The notes under the pieces are model-generated. The model worked only from the letters and a program-made list of their open reading frames with translations, had not been told where the DNA came from and searched no databases. A DNA stretch of 63,090 bases, the filler included, from Hausera hauseri (lineage: Eukaryota), in the NCBI GenBank assembly GCA_046269625.1. It is 11 parts of 11 records of this genome, joined end to end, with 100 filler letters (N's around TTAATTAATTAA, not from the genome) between each part and the next. Parts side by side here need not be neighbours in the genome. Positions count along the whole stretch, not along the records: positions 1 to 7,495 come from JBJURY010011456.1; positions 7,596 to 11,761 come from JBJURY010725880.1; positions 11,862 to 16,205 come from JBJURY010626108.1; 8 more parts are not named here. The stretch is one strand, 5' to 3'. A program made the position numbers and the translations under genes. This document shows, piece after piece, positions 1-13,657 of the stretch. How positions within the stretch are numbered: position 1 is the first letter of the stretch; each line of letters begins with the position of its first letter.

Positions 1-219
1 TAAAAAGTGTTTAGCATTATGTCAAAGTTATATTGTTGTGAAATAAATGTGTTATGAAATTAGTTGGTCTTAACCTATATAGTAGTTACTTAATTTTACT
101 TGGCCTTATTCTATATCTCACATTACTTGATCAAAAACTTGACAGAATTACTATAACAAACATTTATTGGTATAAAAAATACAACTCATGTCTAACAAGT
201 ACAACAACAATGTTCATGT

Positions 220-3200
220 TTACATTAGTGCTGCATGTCCATGAGACCATGTGCTGATTCCGTCTTTATGAATGTGACTTTTCTCATCGAACCAATCGTG
301 TCTCTTCTTTCGCAGCGCATCTGTGGCAATCTGACGTTTCCGGAACTGGATCTTTTTCATCTCTCTGACTATTTGAGTTTTATCCCGCAACACTCTCTCA
401 AAATCTACAAAGCCTATGTCTTTAGCTAATGCGAATCTTTGAACTCCCTTGGACCGCTTCTTTACCTGACCACTTACATCGATGACGCAAATATTTGACC
501 TTAACGTTAGGAAACGTGTGATGATCTTCCCATTCACCTCGTCTTTAAACTTCCCGAGGACCTTCTTGTTGTCTGTTGAATAATTTAAATGATCCTTTGG
601 ATAGTTTGCGGTATTTATGTACTTTGCTAATTTTGCAAACTTTTCAAAGACATCATCTGTGTGGATCTGGTATATAAAACTGTCCATGTCCATGTACATT
701 AGTTGCAGCTCCTTGAATGTGGTGACCATGATGTTGTAATAAAAGTCATGCATCAAGATCTTGGATAGATCCAATATGGACATGCCCACATATATGGGCT
801 TGTTAAACTCAAGTGATATATTGAGCATACGGATGCTCACCAGGTTCTCCGGGTATATAGTGGTGCTGTGAAAGTTGGGCTTAGCAATGAGTTTCTTTGC
901 CCTCTTCCAGTCACATACCAACTCGATGTTTATCCGGTTCCGGATGTTCTCCATAGTTTTGCCAAAGACAGAGTTGTTACACAGACTGAATTGGTCCTTT
1001 TCAAACTCGTTTTTGGCATTAGCCCTCAAGTGAGTATTGAGGTCTATGTATGGATTTAGTCATTTGGATTGGCTGAACTGCAGGGCCCGATAAATTCTGA
1101 TGACTTGTTGTCCATTTATGATGGCCTGTTAGAGATTTATATAGTGGGCTACATACCTCTCCCTGTTTTCGAGGTGTTACAGCAGCTGCTTATACTTGCC
1201 ATTTGGCGACCTCTTGGTCTCCGACAGAAAAGGCAGCTACTTATGCCTTGTGTGGATGATATGTGGTTATTTCGCGTCCATCTACAGTATGTATCCCGTA
1301 TCTCCAGTGGGATCTAGGTCCAATATAGGGTGTTTTCAAGATTCCCGACCCATTTGAAGTTATCATAGGGCGATAAGTTGCTCATTGCCCATCCATACAG
1401 GTAGTCGGCATCCAGGTATGATATATATATGGATCATAATCTGCCACGTATTTGTTGTTGGCCTCACTGTATCTGTGAATTGCCTGGCATATTCCGTCCC
1501 TGATGCATCTCGCAACCATGCAGACCATATTGTAATCCTTAAACATCTGGAGCCTTATGCCGGTATAGCGCAGCATCGCCGCCCAGTTTATTCCTGGAGC
1601 TGTCAAGAAGTGAGCTGGATCTAACTTGCTACTCTTAAGGGTCACATCCCGGATGCTTTCGAAGATATCTGTAAGTAACAGCACATCTGTGAGGTGATAT
1701 ATCACTGTATTTCACTATTGTCTTGCACTGGAAAGTCTGTCATACTCTTTGGGCGTGCTCATAGTCGCATCGCTGTATGGCAATTGACTATAGAAATCCC
1801 CTTTGGCCCGTAATGATTCTTCATCCAGTGCTTTCCATAATGTTATATAGTCATAGAAGAACACGTCTTTCCGCTTCACCACATTGAATATATCCGGGAA
1901 GAATCTCTTCGTCTCCTTGAGATCATCAGCTAGAAGGTTCTTCACGAGGTTGCCCAGTGACGAGCTAATGAAGCGGAAGCTATCGATGAAGCGGTGCCTA
2001 ATGCGACCCACATGCTTCGAGAAGGTAATGTACTTCTTGTCACTGTTAAGAATCACAGCAATGTTCCCCTCAATGTTAGCAAATTCTCGAACAATGAAGT
2101 GGGAATCGTATCCACTAAGATTGTGGAATATCACGGGAACATATGTACATGTCTTGTAGCGTAAGTTGCAATTGTTGCACTCTGCGCCTTGGAATATGTC
2201 TGTATAATGGCAGTGATCCCTGACTTTGTGATTGGCCCATGTGAATAGCTTTTTGTATAAGTAGCATGTTGCTACTTTGCGCAATTTACATTTTTCTTGC
2301 TGCGATATCACCATGTACCCCTTATGCTGCTACAACATATCTTCAGGTTTGTTGGCATACTATTCCAGACGCTGCATAAAATGTGCTGCTGCGATTAGAC
2401 CCTGTATAGGTAGGGTCCTTTGTCCAGTTCTTTGGTATGCATGCGGTATAATGACAAAGCATGGTAATGGTATGCTGTAGTACTGCTTTGCTGTGGATTG
2501 GGGCTGCAGCTGTGGACTGGGCTGAGGATGGCCTCAAATTCACAATATATGAAAAACGGCACCTTCTGCATCTTCTTGAACTCCTTAAATTCCTGGCAAT
2601 CCTACTTGGAGAATTCTGCTCGGATGCAATAGTTTGTATTTTAGTAGGTTTTTTGCTCCTCCAACTTTTCTGCGGCTGTGTCTCCAGTAAAATGGGTAAA
2701 GCATCTTTTGAATATTTCCGCCCTTAATTTATGCTTGGACATGTGGGATCCTACGAGGCGCTCAAAATTCTTGATCCAGATGAAATGCCTCGTTTCTCCA
2801 TCATCCAGCAGCAGATCCCTATGATCCTCTAATTCATCCTTGAACACATGTACGAGATAAAATTTGTCCTCCTCCAATCCGGAAATGTTTATGGAGATGT
2901 TGTTCACGCTTTCAAATTTCACGACTTTATCTAGGCTCGGGGGGAATGAAATACAGCTGAAGTCGTACGTTCGTAGCACTTTGTCATATATGCAAACTCT
3001 GAAAGCATTATGTTAATTTTAGACTAGTTTTGACAAAATAGCATACATTAAATACGTACTGTCCTCATTATGGACATTGCTGCATGCCTTATCTATCCAT
3101 TCAGGAAGCGGTATTTAGGAGCTGCCTCTCACAGGAGAATACTTGTGCATATGCACAAGTAACCCCTTTATTGTTGCTAAAGTCCAACCACTCTTCTTGT

Positions 3201-3640
3201 CCTGGCTTTCTTCATCTTCGCGATGAGGCTTTCATAGTCCTCACTAATGAAATCCTTGATGTTAGAGTATTTCAGTAACAGCCTGCTCTTTGTCTTGAAG
3301 GCCCTACTAGACAGCTGTCCTTTGACATTGGTAAAGGTGGTTTCCAATTTGAAGTTTACCTTAAGGGCGTTCAGCTCCAACAAGCTGTCCTGGAAAATTC
3401 CTGCTGCCTCCTCCTTTAAATATTACAGGAATTCATGGAGCGATGTGTGCTCCACTGCTGCTGTAAAGTATCGCCGCACTTTGCTCTTCAGTGCAGCTAC
3501 GCCAACTGGCCGCTGTTTTTGGCCTTTTAATGGAGAATCTGCTGCTACTTCTGATGGGCGTTTTAGTCTTGCATCGGGCCTTGCTGCTAAAGCAGGCTGT
3601 ACAACTGGCTGTGCTGATGAAGTAGCATGTGCGGCCAAAG
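220..3640 (-). pseudogene. polB: Fragmented protein-primed family B DNA polymerase (Polinton/Maverick/adintovirus type) with endonuclease-VII-like Zn module
   Basis: Split over ORFs 3177-3383, 2641-2979, 1715-2314, 1382-1705 and 220-1029. Motifs: KVRDHCH..AECNNCNL, VIFHNLSGYDSHF, FIDSFRF, DVLLLTDIFE, NNSVFGKTMENIRNR, YVGMSILDLSK, YMDMDS (DTDS equivalent), LGKFKDE. Confidence 0.9.
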
Positions 3641-3669
3641 CAGTATACTACTCATTAAAGATAACCTTC

Positions 3670-4050
3670 TTTGATTTTGACTTAAAGTCTGTCAAATGGT
3701 CAATATGATCGTCGTAAAACTGATTGTATTCTAAATCACATACAGTCTCACATTCTAGGCAAATATAATAAAGGATCCTATGTGCAATACACGTATGAAC
3801 TGCATCTTTGATTTTTCTTAGGCATAAAAGTCAATATTGACACAGTGGTATAGAATATTTGTTTTTCGACTTGGTGAAGGAAATCAGGTGTTGTTTATGG
3901 GAATTGCAAAAGTCTTCATATTTGGTCTGGCGCACTACTTCACATGTAGGGCATATATAATACTCATCCCTGTTGTAAATATGGCTGAAGTATTTCTGCA
4001 TAACGTTGTGGCAATTTCCAGACTTGTAGATTTGAGCCTAGCACTGTTTG
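3670..4050 (-). pseudogene. Tandem Cys/His (CxxC...YxxFxxxHxxHL) module upstream of polB
   Basis: Hand translation gives IYKSGNCHNVMQKYFSHIYNRDEYYICPTCEVVRQTKYEDFCNSHKQHL and YYICLECETVCDLEYNQFYDDHIDHL; homologous to 39754-40190. Confidence 0.65.
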
Positions 4051-6738
4051 TATAGATGGCACATCTACAACTCTGCCAATTATTTGAGGAGCACAAATAA
4101 AACTCTCACCATTCGTGGAGGTTATTTTTTAAATAGTGAAACACATAGCCATATCAACACATACTGCCTCCTTTATGGATTTTTTCAATTTTTAATTTTC
4201 CAACATTCTATAACACTTTTTAATGCATCAAATAAATTAAATGCACTTGGGCGCCAAACAGGTTTTTATAAAATTGATTAAAGCTATCAGTTTCTTCGAG
4301 TGTTGCTCGTTTTATCGATTTTTCTACTTTGAATCGATAATTATTAGAATTTGAATAATATATTTGAATGTCTGACATTGAATTTGGATTCTACATATTT
4401 TGCTCCATATCCATGTGCGCTTGAAGAATTATCGATTTCTTTGTGTTTCACCTTCAATTTTACCTTTTAACACTACTCAACTAATTAAAACAAATAAGCA
4501 CCCTTGTATTACATAATATTTATTACAAAATTTTACTTGTTTTAATCGACAACGGTGCACTGCACCAAGTCGATTTCAATTCCCATGTAGGTTTTCGCAT
4601 ATGAAAAATCGACCAAAATCATCAGATTCTTCAAATAATGCATGCATGACCGCATATTATCGAATTTTTTAATGTTTTGTTTATTTCGAGACACATGTAA
4701 ATACTTTGCGCATTAAATTTCTGGTCTGCAAAGGTTTGTGGACATGGGGAATCCGATGATTAAAGCACACTTTCACATGTGCTACAAATCTGTAAAGTGC
4801 TGTATAAGTGCAACGAGACATAGGGAATCGAGTGGTGCTCTTAGATTTTTCAAAATATTTGTTCTTGTCAAGATATTCGATACTATTTGGTGAAAATCGA
4901 TATTTATTCGCGTTGTGCACGGAATTTTGGAAATGTGAAATGGAAGACCCGGATTACAATTGTTGAGCATAGGGGTTAAACGCAAACATGTCAAATGCCA
5001 GCATTTAACCTTTAATACATGCCCACATATAAAAAGGTTAGTGAGTTTTAGCCTAAATCTCATCTATGCCAATCACAATCAGGGCACTCTATGTCAACGT
5101 ATACAACTTTATGGCGTGTGCAGTTACTAGAGTACTTTATGGTGTGTGCAGTTACTAGAGTATGTTATGTAACACATATTTTCGATTCTAATCGAGAACG
5201 TTGTATATTTTCGATTTTCATTTGGTACATATCTCTACATACTAATTTGTATCGGGAAATTTTATTCATTTAACCTTTACTTCTTCTTGAAACTATATGG
5301 TGATACCATGTCTATAGTTCAATCAATATATATGTGTACGGTTTTCTAAATTGTCTTCTATCTTCATAATGTCTTCCTTTCCTATATCCATATGTAGTAC
5401 TCCTTTAATTAAAACAGACGATGTAAATTTCAACAAAACTGAACGCCGAAACTTTATAAAATTTTCATTAATTTCTACACAAGAAATTATGAAGTATGTT
5501 TTAAAATTCAGCAATTATTCAGTTGATGTATTCAATACGTAGATCCATATAGATGCAGTATGTACAGGTAATTGCATTTTGCAAATTATTACAGATATAT
5601 GTAGCGACTAATTCGACAAATAGTTTGAGTTGAGTAGCAATAACATTATTTTTAATTCTGTTATTCTGTACATATCGTAAATAACTTTTAACTAAAATTA
5701 TACTTAAGTATTTCAAAATTATAAAACTAAAAATAATTTTCTATAATTTCCAAATGTAACCTTAAAATTATATGGATTAAGATTCATATATACAATTAGA
5801 ATTCACATTGGAAACAGTATCTAATGTAAACTACTTCCAATTTGCTTAAATACAACTAAGTGATTATATTCTACGCTCCGCTCTTGACGAAATAGACACG
5901 ACAAAAATCTGACCTAATTTACGATTTATATTGACGAAGGGAATATAATCGAAAGCAGTAGGACCAACAAAGACTTGAGTATCGTAACCCCATGTACGTA
6001 TATCGGATAAACCCTAAATATCTCGATCCTTTACATTGACCTCCACTTCATTTATAATGATCAAACTAAGCGACGAATTTCTGCGCTCATTATACACTTA
6101 ATTGTTAACTATACAGAAAATCTAAAATTTGAGTAATGAACATAAACATTCAATTGAATTTTTCTTTTACAAAATTTATTATAGAACAAATAATACAAAG
6201 AGATTATATTGTGACGATCGAGGATTGTCGACTGACATTTAATAAATATGTAAAACTATACTTTACCATGGTGTCTTCCAATTTCATTCACTTCCTGGAT
6301 CATGTCATCGCTAGCATCAACCCTCGCAGACATAGTTGAAGTTGAATCGTCCGGTATATCAGCATGTATTGGCGTGTTGGAATTCATTGTGGTTTGATGT
6401 CTTGTATTGTTATTCAATAGATATTATACGTCAGTAATTAGAATTTGGTTGGAATATTAGTCTTTTCAATAGCTGTCGTAATTCTGGATACACATAAAAA
6501 TCTTTTAAATAAAATAAAAATGCTACCAGAAATTGGAATCTGTTTGAAATTAAATTTTTCTTGCAAGTAAATGAGAGTAAGTTTATGTTGTATCTTCAAT
6601 AATTATGACCAGTATATATACCTTTGTCAGGCCTAATTTGCATAATCAATTTTCATAATTCGACTGCTGATTTTATATGAATTTTCATAATTAATAACTA
6701 GCTATTTTATTATTCAAATTATGTTAATCTGACTTACA

Positions 6739-6850
6739 ACCAACTATTTTCACAATTCAATTATGCTAATTCGGTCCGCGACCAACTATGTTCACAATTC
6801 ATTTACGCTAATTCGGTCCGCGACCAACTATTCTCACAGTTCAGTAACTA
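6739..6850 (+). repeat. Tandem repeat, ~42-bp unit, ~2.5 copies
   Basis: accaactat(t/g)ttcacaattca(a/t)tta(t/c)gctaattcggtccgcg repeated. Confidence 0.8.
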
Positions 6851-7313
6851 GCTGTTTTGCAATTTGAATGAATTATGCTAATTTGATTTTCAATACAATT
6901 TCAATTATGTTAATTCTGTTTCCAACTACATACACTGGTTTTCTCAATTTCTTAATATTCTTTTCCAATTTTATTTAACAATTTCCAATTCTTTTCACAT
7001 CAAAGGTTTGAATTAAAACATGTATGCTCTTTATGAATCAGTCGACACCTCCCCAGACGCCACTTCCGTTTGGTTAACAATGTACTCATATTAACAAGGA
7101 ATAATAAGGATGAATACCCATCACTCGGGCTTGACAAGTAATGAAAGGAAGATAAAATAATTACAATATATTTATTATATCATAAATACACCATAATTTT
7201 TCAATATGTCATGATGCCATAATAATGTTGTATCATGAAAATAATGTCACAACACGACATCGTTAGTTAATCGCTGGATCTGGATTAATTGATTGATTGT
7301 TATATTGTTACAT

Positions 7314-7495
7314 CACTAAATCGATGGGTCTGTATTAATTTGGATAAAATTTGGATGAAATTGATTGATCGGGTTTCGATGAATTAATCGATCTTAATCA
7401 ATGAATGGTCAATTTGATCACGAAATCGGTGGGTTTGTATTAATTTGGTTGAAATTTGGACGAAATTGATTGATCGGGTTTCGAAGAATTAATCG
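7314..7495 (+). repeat. Direct repeat of ~77 bp at ~105-bp spacing, running to the contig end
   Basis: aaatcg(a/g)tgggt(c/t)tgtattaatttgg...aaattgattgatcgggtttcga(t/a)gaattaatcg occurs twice. Confidence 0.8.
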
Positions 7496-7595
7496 NNNNN
7501 NNNNNNNNNNNNNNNNNNNNNNNNNNNNNNNNNNNNNNNTTAATTAATTAANNNNNNNNNNNNNNNNNNNNNNNNNNNNNNNNNNNNNNNNNNNN
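7496..7595. other. Artificial contig linker (44N-TTAATTAATTAA-44N); identical linkers at 11762-11861, 16206-16305, 20737-20836, 25997-26096, 30864-30963, 38906-39005, 44611-44710, 53673-53772, 58373-58472
   Basis: Ten identical 100-nt spacers whose core places stop codons in all six frames; the flanking sequences are unrelated. Confidence 0.98.
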
Positions 7596-10500
7596 TGTAC
7601 TTGTAGAACCTGTAGAACTTGTGAAATTCTGACTAGCAGTAAGTATCTTACACGATGTTGTCACAAATGAAGTGTTGCAGTAAATATTGCGATATTTTAA
7701 ATTACTACAGAATGGTCAATAGAAAACCGAAAGATTTTATGAAACCAAAGTGTTCTTAATCAAGCACGTAATGTGTGCATAAAAAGCTTACTGCTCAAGT
7801 GCTCAAAATGGTTACTGTCGTTGCAGCAATTTCGAATACCCGAGAAGCTGTAACCTTGTCAATAACTTCTGCCATTCTAGTAGTAAAACATTTGTAAACT
7901 TATCGGCTTATACTGATATACTGTCGCCGTGTAATGCTTACAAGTGTTGAAGAATAGTTCCCCAGAAGCTATAGCACATGTCATGTGCTACATAATTAAA
8001 GAACAGAAATATCAAACAATAAAAAACAGTCTATCACGCTTTTATCACGTGATAACGTCTATAATACATTNNNNNNNNNNATACATTTTTAATTAAATAA
8101 ATAAAATTATTTGATTTTCTACTGGGCACGGTATAAAAATAATATTATAATTGCATAAAATTTTCATTCCGGAATATTTAAAAATTGTAGCGCAAAATAT
8201 ATTGTTAGAAAATTGAAAGTGAAATAATAATTAAACAAATTTTACTTCAATTTTTGGTTTGCAACCCTTTGGATCTTCAGCAAGAACCCCGTTTACTTCA
8301 TCAGTAACAAATGCCTTGCATCGTGCCTTAATGAATTCTTCGATAACTTCATTGTCCTCGTCGCTGCTGCAATCAAAAATATCTTCATTGTGCACCAAAA
8401 CCTTTTTAAACAATGTTGGATTTATTCTTTCAAACGGCTTGTTTGAATAAATGTTTGTTTTTAGTGTTTCATCTCCAGACGTACGTTTAATGCTTTCTAC
8501 ACAAAAAACGTCAATACAAATAATATAATGTAACTTATTTCTTTCTTCGGCTGCTTATAAACTAAACGGGTATTTCGTCGCTTTTCTTCTTCAACGCTGT
8601 GCAACGTATTCAATTATTGTAGAGCTCTGTCGATACTCAAAAGATTCCTATTATATATTTGATTAACCAGCAGCTTGTTCGAAAGTGGAAAACGATTATA
8701 TAATTCCTGAAGGCGATCGAAATTTTGAAAAGTAATTGTATTTATATCCGTATTTCAGGTATTTTCTGCTGCCTTGGAATTTCCTTCTATGTTAGCAATA
8801 TACTGTGGCACGACGTCATTCTTTTGAAGCTGATCTAAGTCTGTACTAATGGAATTGTCGTAAAATATGTGATTATTTTCATTATTTAATATCGTAACAG
8901 GTAAAAGATAAGAACTAGGATTATTATCCGGCGTATTAAATTGGTTATTGAACGCTAAATACACTGTTTGCAATGGTAAAGCGCAATTTGGTGAAACCTA
9001 GTTAGGCGTAGCAATTTCTTCGTCTGCTGAATTTGTATACTGACTAATTTCATTATTTTCAGCCATAATCAAAACAATTTTACATAATTTGAAAAAAACT
9101 TAAATACAGACTCGGAGATATTGTAAGACATTTTAAAAGTTGAACTGGATAGAAACACCAATGTTACAGTGTTGAAAATGTAAATATCTGAGTGCCGTGA
9201 AGTAACTGAGTAATTTTTCTGATACTATTTATTGATCGCAAACTTCTTGACGAATAAATCCTGCGGAGAAGACTGCAGTCAAAATATTTAATAAAATTTC
9301 GCCAACTCCTTATCGAACATTACTATATTTTTGTACTTCTACGCTTTTAGAACATAATTTGAATAATTCCACGGTTAAGTTTCCTTTTGCATTAATTACA
9401 ATAATAGTTGTTCTTAAATAAAACTTCAAAATGATGTAAACGAACTGAATATGAGCAGTAATTGAAAAAACTTCAAAATGGCCGGAAAAAAATTAAAAAG
9501 CAAAGTCAAAATCGTTTATTATTAAAACAACCGTAAAAATTTTTTTTAGCCAACAACGTCATAAACTATTTACAAAAAAGGTCGGTGAATCCTGCACAAT
9601 TGAATAATTTTGATTTTGAACGTAATTTTTCAATTCCAAGCAGGAAACCATTGATGTCGTAACGCAGCAATGCCACTTGTGCAGTAAGTGCCGGTAATTT
9701 TCGTACGTTAACTGATCGGTTTTACTTCCATCGGTATTTCTCAAATAATCCATAAGTATTTCAAACCCACCGAGATTCCGAATTGTGCCGAAACATAAAA
9801 ACGTCATTGCTTTACTAAGATTGCAAATGGTAATTAGAGAAAAGAATTATTATTGATAAAATTTTTAAATCAAAGTTTCAAAGTGATTAAAAATGACAAA
9901 TCTCATGATCAAAATGAACAGAAGGGTGAAAACAATATTCCAAATGAAAATTCTGTAGTTAATGATTTTAAGAAATTATCAGTCAAGACAAAATACACAT
10001 ACAAAAATAAAGATGGATTTTTGGATAACTAGCCGATATTTAAAGTCAATGTATTAACAAAGATTTGTGGCATTCTTGAAAGGTACTTCCAAACGTTAAA
10101 CTCAAAGTTAATAACTTTATCATAACATTAAACTCATGCCAAACGATTTCACTTCAAAGATGCTTGGGTTCAACGAAAAATCAAAGAACCATCTCAGTTG
10201 AAATCCAAAAAAGTGTTAACACCGGTGAGATTAATTGAATCATTTTCCAGATATATTGCCAAACATTATGTAAGAAGTGTTGATATTTACAATATTTTAT
10301 TTTTATCATCTTATTTTTTCGAAAGAAATGTTCTACGATCATATTACATATGTTATGATTTTAACTGAAGGTAATTGTACCACATATCTTTACATGGACT
10401 CCTATTTAACAGTAATGATTTCATACAGTATTCAACTTATTTTTAATGGTATTTCACATTCTCCTTTGCCTAGTGAAGGAACTATTCAGATGAAATTCAA

Positions 10501-11861
10501 ACGTAACATAAAAAGTTCCTATTTATGGTTCATTAATACTTATACAATCGGAGATGTTTATTCAATTCAATATCAATCACGAGACAGGTTATAAGCTTTC
10601 AACTCATCAGTATATTATTGAGAAAATTTATAACAATTGCTCACTTGGTTTTTGGATTTTCCATAAGTTGAAACAGTTACGCACTTATTCAATATTCCCA
10701 TATTTGCTGAAACCTTTGAAATTTGATATTATTTCCATCCATTCTAGATTATTATTTAACTGCTAGTTATTAGATGGGTTAGACAGGTCATTAGTAACAT
10801 ATTAGCATAGCATATTTGTATAACTTTAGTCAAAAGTGACGAAAATTTTAGTTGAAAATAGACATGATCCAAAAAGAAAATCATTTGTTTATCTGCAATA
10901 TGAATATATTAATCGATAATCGGTAATCAACCTCTTGATATTTGATGTATCTCTGGTGAATACATCATATGGAGGATATAGGAAAATTGATTATATAATG
11001 ATAATAGCACTTTATTCTGATGACTGAAAATTACAAGTTTGATTTATTCTAACATTTTGGTTGGATATATTTTATTTATCAATTTCATTGCTTATTATTT
11101 CAATTTATCAACCCACCGAGAAACAAGAGGCGGTTAATTATTGCAGCCAAATCCCGTAAAAGTTGTTTCCACTTTGCAAGTAAACCAGAGTTATATCAGT
11201 AAAACCAATTACTAAATAAAAATTAAATTATTTTGGTATGCCTCCATACTCTTATTGAGTTTCTTTCTCTAGTTATCACTTGGTTTGTTTCTTCTGTTCT
11301 TTCGTTTTGCATTTGTTGGTTTGTTATGATTTTGTGGAATAATTAGAATAGTTATGTAATTCTTTCGTTTGTGAGTTGTGTTCAGCCAAATTAATAATAG
11401 CGCCATTAAATTTCAGGTGGTTTTTTCAAGTGATGAATAATGCTTGGACTGGATTGTAAGCCGTTGGGCAACTCTACCGTGAAGAATACTCAACATTATT
11501 TGGATTTTTCTTAAAGTATTTGTTTGAGAGTATAAAATGGGCAGGTAACTGTAGAACCTATACATTCGTTTACAAATCCGTGTAGAGGCTGTTTATGATT
11601 TGATCAGTACACTTGACAAAAACTGAAACGATAAAACTATTACGGGGCTCCAGAGATTCTTGGGAAATTACCCACTGCTTCCTCCCCGAACAAGTGTCCA
11701 CATCTGTTCCCAGCATAAATTTATATAATGGGAGCTATAGCCCAGGAGTCTTCAACATGTGNNNNNNNNNNNNNNNNNNNNNNNNNNNNNNNNNNNNNNN
11801 NNNNNTTAATTAATTAANNNNNNNNNNNNNNNNNNNNNNNNNNNNNNNNNNNNNNNNNNNN

Positions 11862-12778
11862 AGATATACCCCGCTCCGGATGTCCACCCAAAGTGGACGA
11901 GGCGCTGTTACAAGCAGTGAAAAACCAGCCAGCCACCAATACACGCAGATTGTCAGCAGAACGGAGCCCTCATTTCACCACTGATCGCCATTTCCAGAAA
12001 CTTGAGTTCCACAACAGACGCTGTCAAGACATTGCATATGAATTCACTCCAGCGCAGGCTCAACATCGTATGGACATCTGTCAACAACTCCTTGCCAATC
12101 CTCAGGATTCCCGATTCTGCAAACGAATTGTGACTGAGGATGAAAAATGGATTTACCTAAACAATCCCAACAAGAATAATCAATGGTTCATGCCCAGCCA
12201 ACCAGCAGTCCCGATTGTTTGAAGACGGCGATTTGAAAAGAAGGTTATACTGTGCGTATGGTGGAATTTTGAGGGAATACTACACTTCGAACTCGTTCCA
12301 GAGGGTCATGCAATAGATTCTGACCTCTATTCTGAACAGCTGCAACTGGTTCATGAAGTTTTGCAAACGCGCTACCTTGCCTTGATCAATCGGAAGCGGG
12401 CACTTCTCCTGCATGACAATGCCTCAGCGCATATCGCAAGGATAACTCAGAGGAAGATCCAGGAGCTTTCCGATATTGAAATCCTCCCTCGTCCCCCATA
12501 TAGTCCGGACCTCGAGCCTCCTGATTATTACTTGTTTCGGTCGATGGCTCACTTTCTACGAGGACGCCAGTTCGAGAATATATAGGTGAAAATGGATGCG
12601 ACAAGTTTTTCGCGTCGAAATCAAAAGAATGGTATCGACATGAAATCGAACAGTTGGCAAGAAGATCGGGTTCAAACGATAGCCTTCACTTTAACAGTTT
12701 ATGTTTATTTGTTTGTCATTTCTTGTGTTTGTAAAATATATATTAGAAATGCCCGGAAACTTTTGCAACACCCTAGTA
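11862..12778 (+). mobile_element. Mariner (Tc1/mariner, DD34D-type) transposon, 5'-truncated, with 3' TIR and TA target site
   Basis: Transposase motifs IVTEDEKW, LCVWW, LLHDNA, PPYSPDLEPPDYYLF with internal stops; terminal aatgcccggaaacttttgcaacaccctagta followed by TA. Confidence 0.92.
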
Positions 12779-13462
12779 TAATAGACTGATTACTCAATAA
12801 TCGAGCAATTACTTAAATCCGCATATCGATAATAGGCAACAAACTTTTTGATAATCAATGCATCTCTTATTTTCTAAATTATAATGAAAATAGTAAAATG
12901 AAAATAATCGATCCAAAAGATAGTGCATATGAAATGGAAATCGACGTTTATTCCTATGAAAGAAAAAAGTTAAGAGGAGATCCACATAACTGTTTATTCT
13001 CCGCAAGACATTTTCATCAATGATGAAATCCGAAAAGGAGAAGCTTTGGGTAATCATCGAACGCAGGTAATTCTAATATAACTCATCTTCGTGCAAATAC
13101 TTTTTACGTGAAATGAGCTGTAATAGACCGCATTTCTGTCATTTGTTAGACAACAAAATTCTCCCAGTTCGTGAACGACGTTGAAAGGTGTGTATCATAT
13201 GTATAATAAATAATTTTAGTCAATTAAACTATTAAAGTAGTTATGAATCAAATTGACAAGTATTTTGTTAATAGTACACGAACATTTGTGTCATTGTGTA
13301 TCTAGATAAATAATTTTCTACTGTGACAAAAATACAACAAGAGCCTCACAACATCATTTCCCAGCTGCTCGACTCACTTGGGCCATAGAACATGTTTCAT
13401 GGACTACTGAATGACACCGGACTATATTTAGCGATGAAAAGAAATTAAATTTAAATTGTTAA

Positions 13463-13640
13463 TGTCAGGACATAATCGAGAACGGAAATTCTAAATTTAA
13501 ATTAGAAACATTTTTAAATTTTAAAAATTCGACCATGAATTTAAATTTAAAATGTAATATTAAAAGCATAATTTAATTTTGGAATTTTCGGAAAATTTGT
13601 TTCTCAATGAATATTTTGAGATACAATAAAATTTTCAACA
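13463..13640 (+). repeat. Probable 5' LTR of the contig-3 Gypsy element
   Basis: TG...CA bounded AT-rich segment with AATAAA near its end, followed by a PBS-like TGGTG and the gag ATG at ~13658; no second LTR is available to confirm. Confidence 0.45.
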
Positions 13641-13657
13641 ACTGGTGTTACTTTGCA

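Noticed and set aside
220-1029. NCLDV or cellular DNA polymerase
   Set aside because: The motifs (GKTMENIR, ILDLSK, GKFKDE, endonuclease-VII-like insert) fit protein-primed Polinton-type polB.
4681-5063. RING-like ICGHVL..C motif
   Set aside because: The remaining ligands are missing; too weak to call.
5860-6390. Possible spliced host exons on the minus strand
   Set aside because: A plausible GT donor exists near 6266, but the next putative exon has in-frame stops and no recognisable product.
6739-6850. CRISPR array
   Set aside because: Contiguous tandem units with no unique spacers, no cas genes, and a eukaryotic context.
7540-7551. Recurrent TTAATTAATTAA palindrome as a biological repeat or att site
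   Set aside because: It is always centred in 88 Ns; it is a six-frame stop linker.
7596-11761. Possible decayed gene or transposase in contig 2
   Set aside because: Short coding-like stretches exist, but I recognise no motif; left unannotated.
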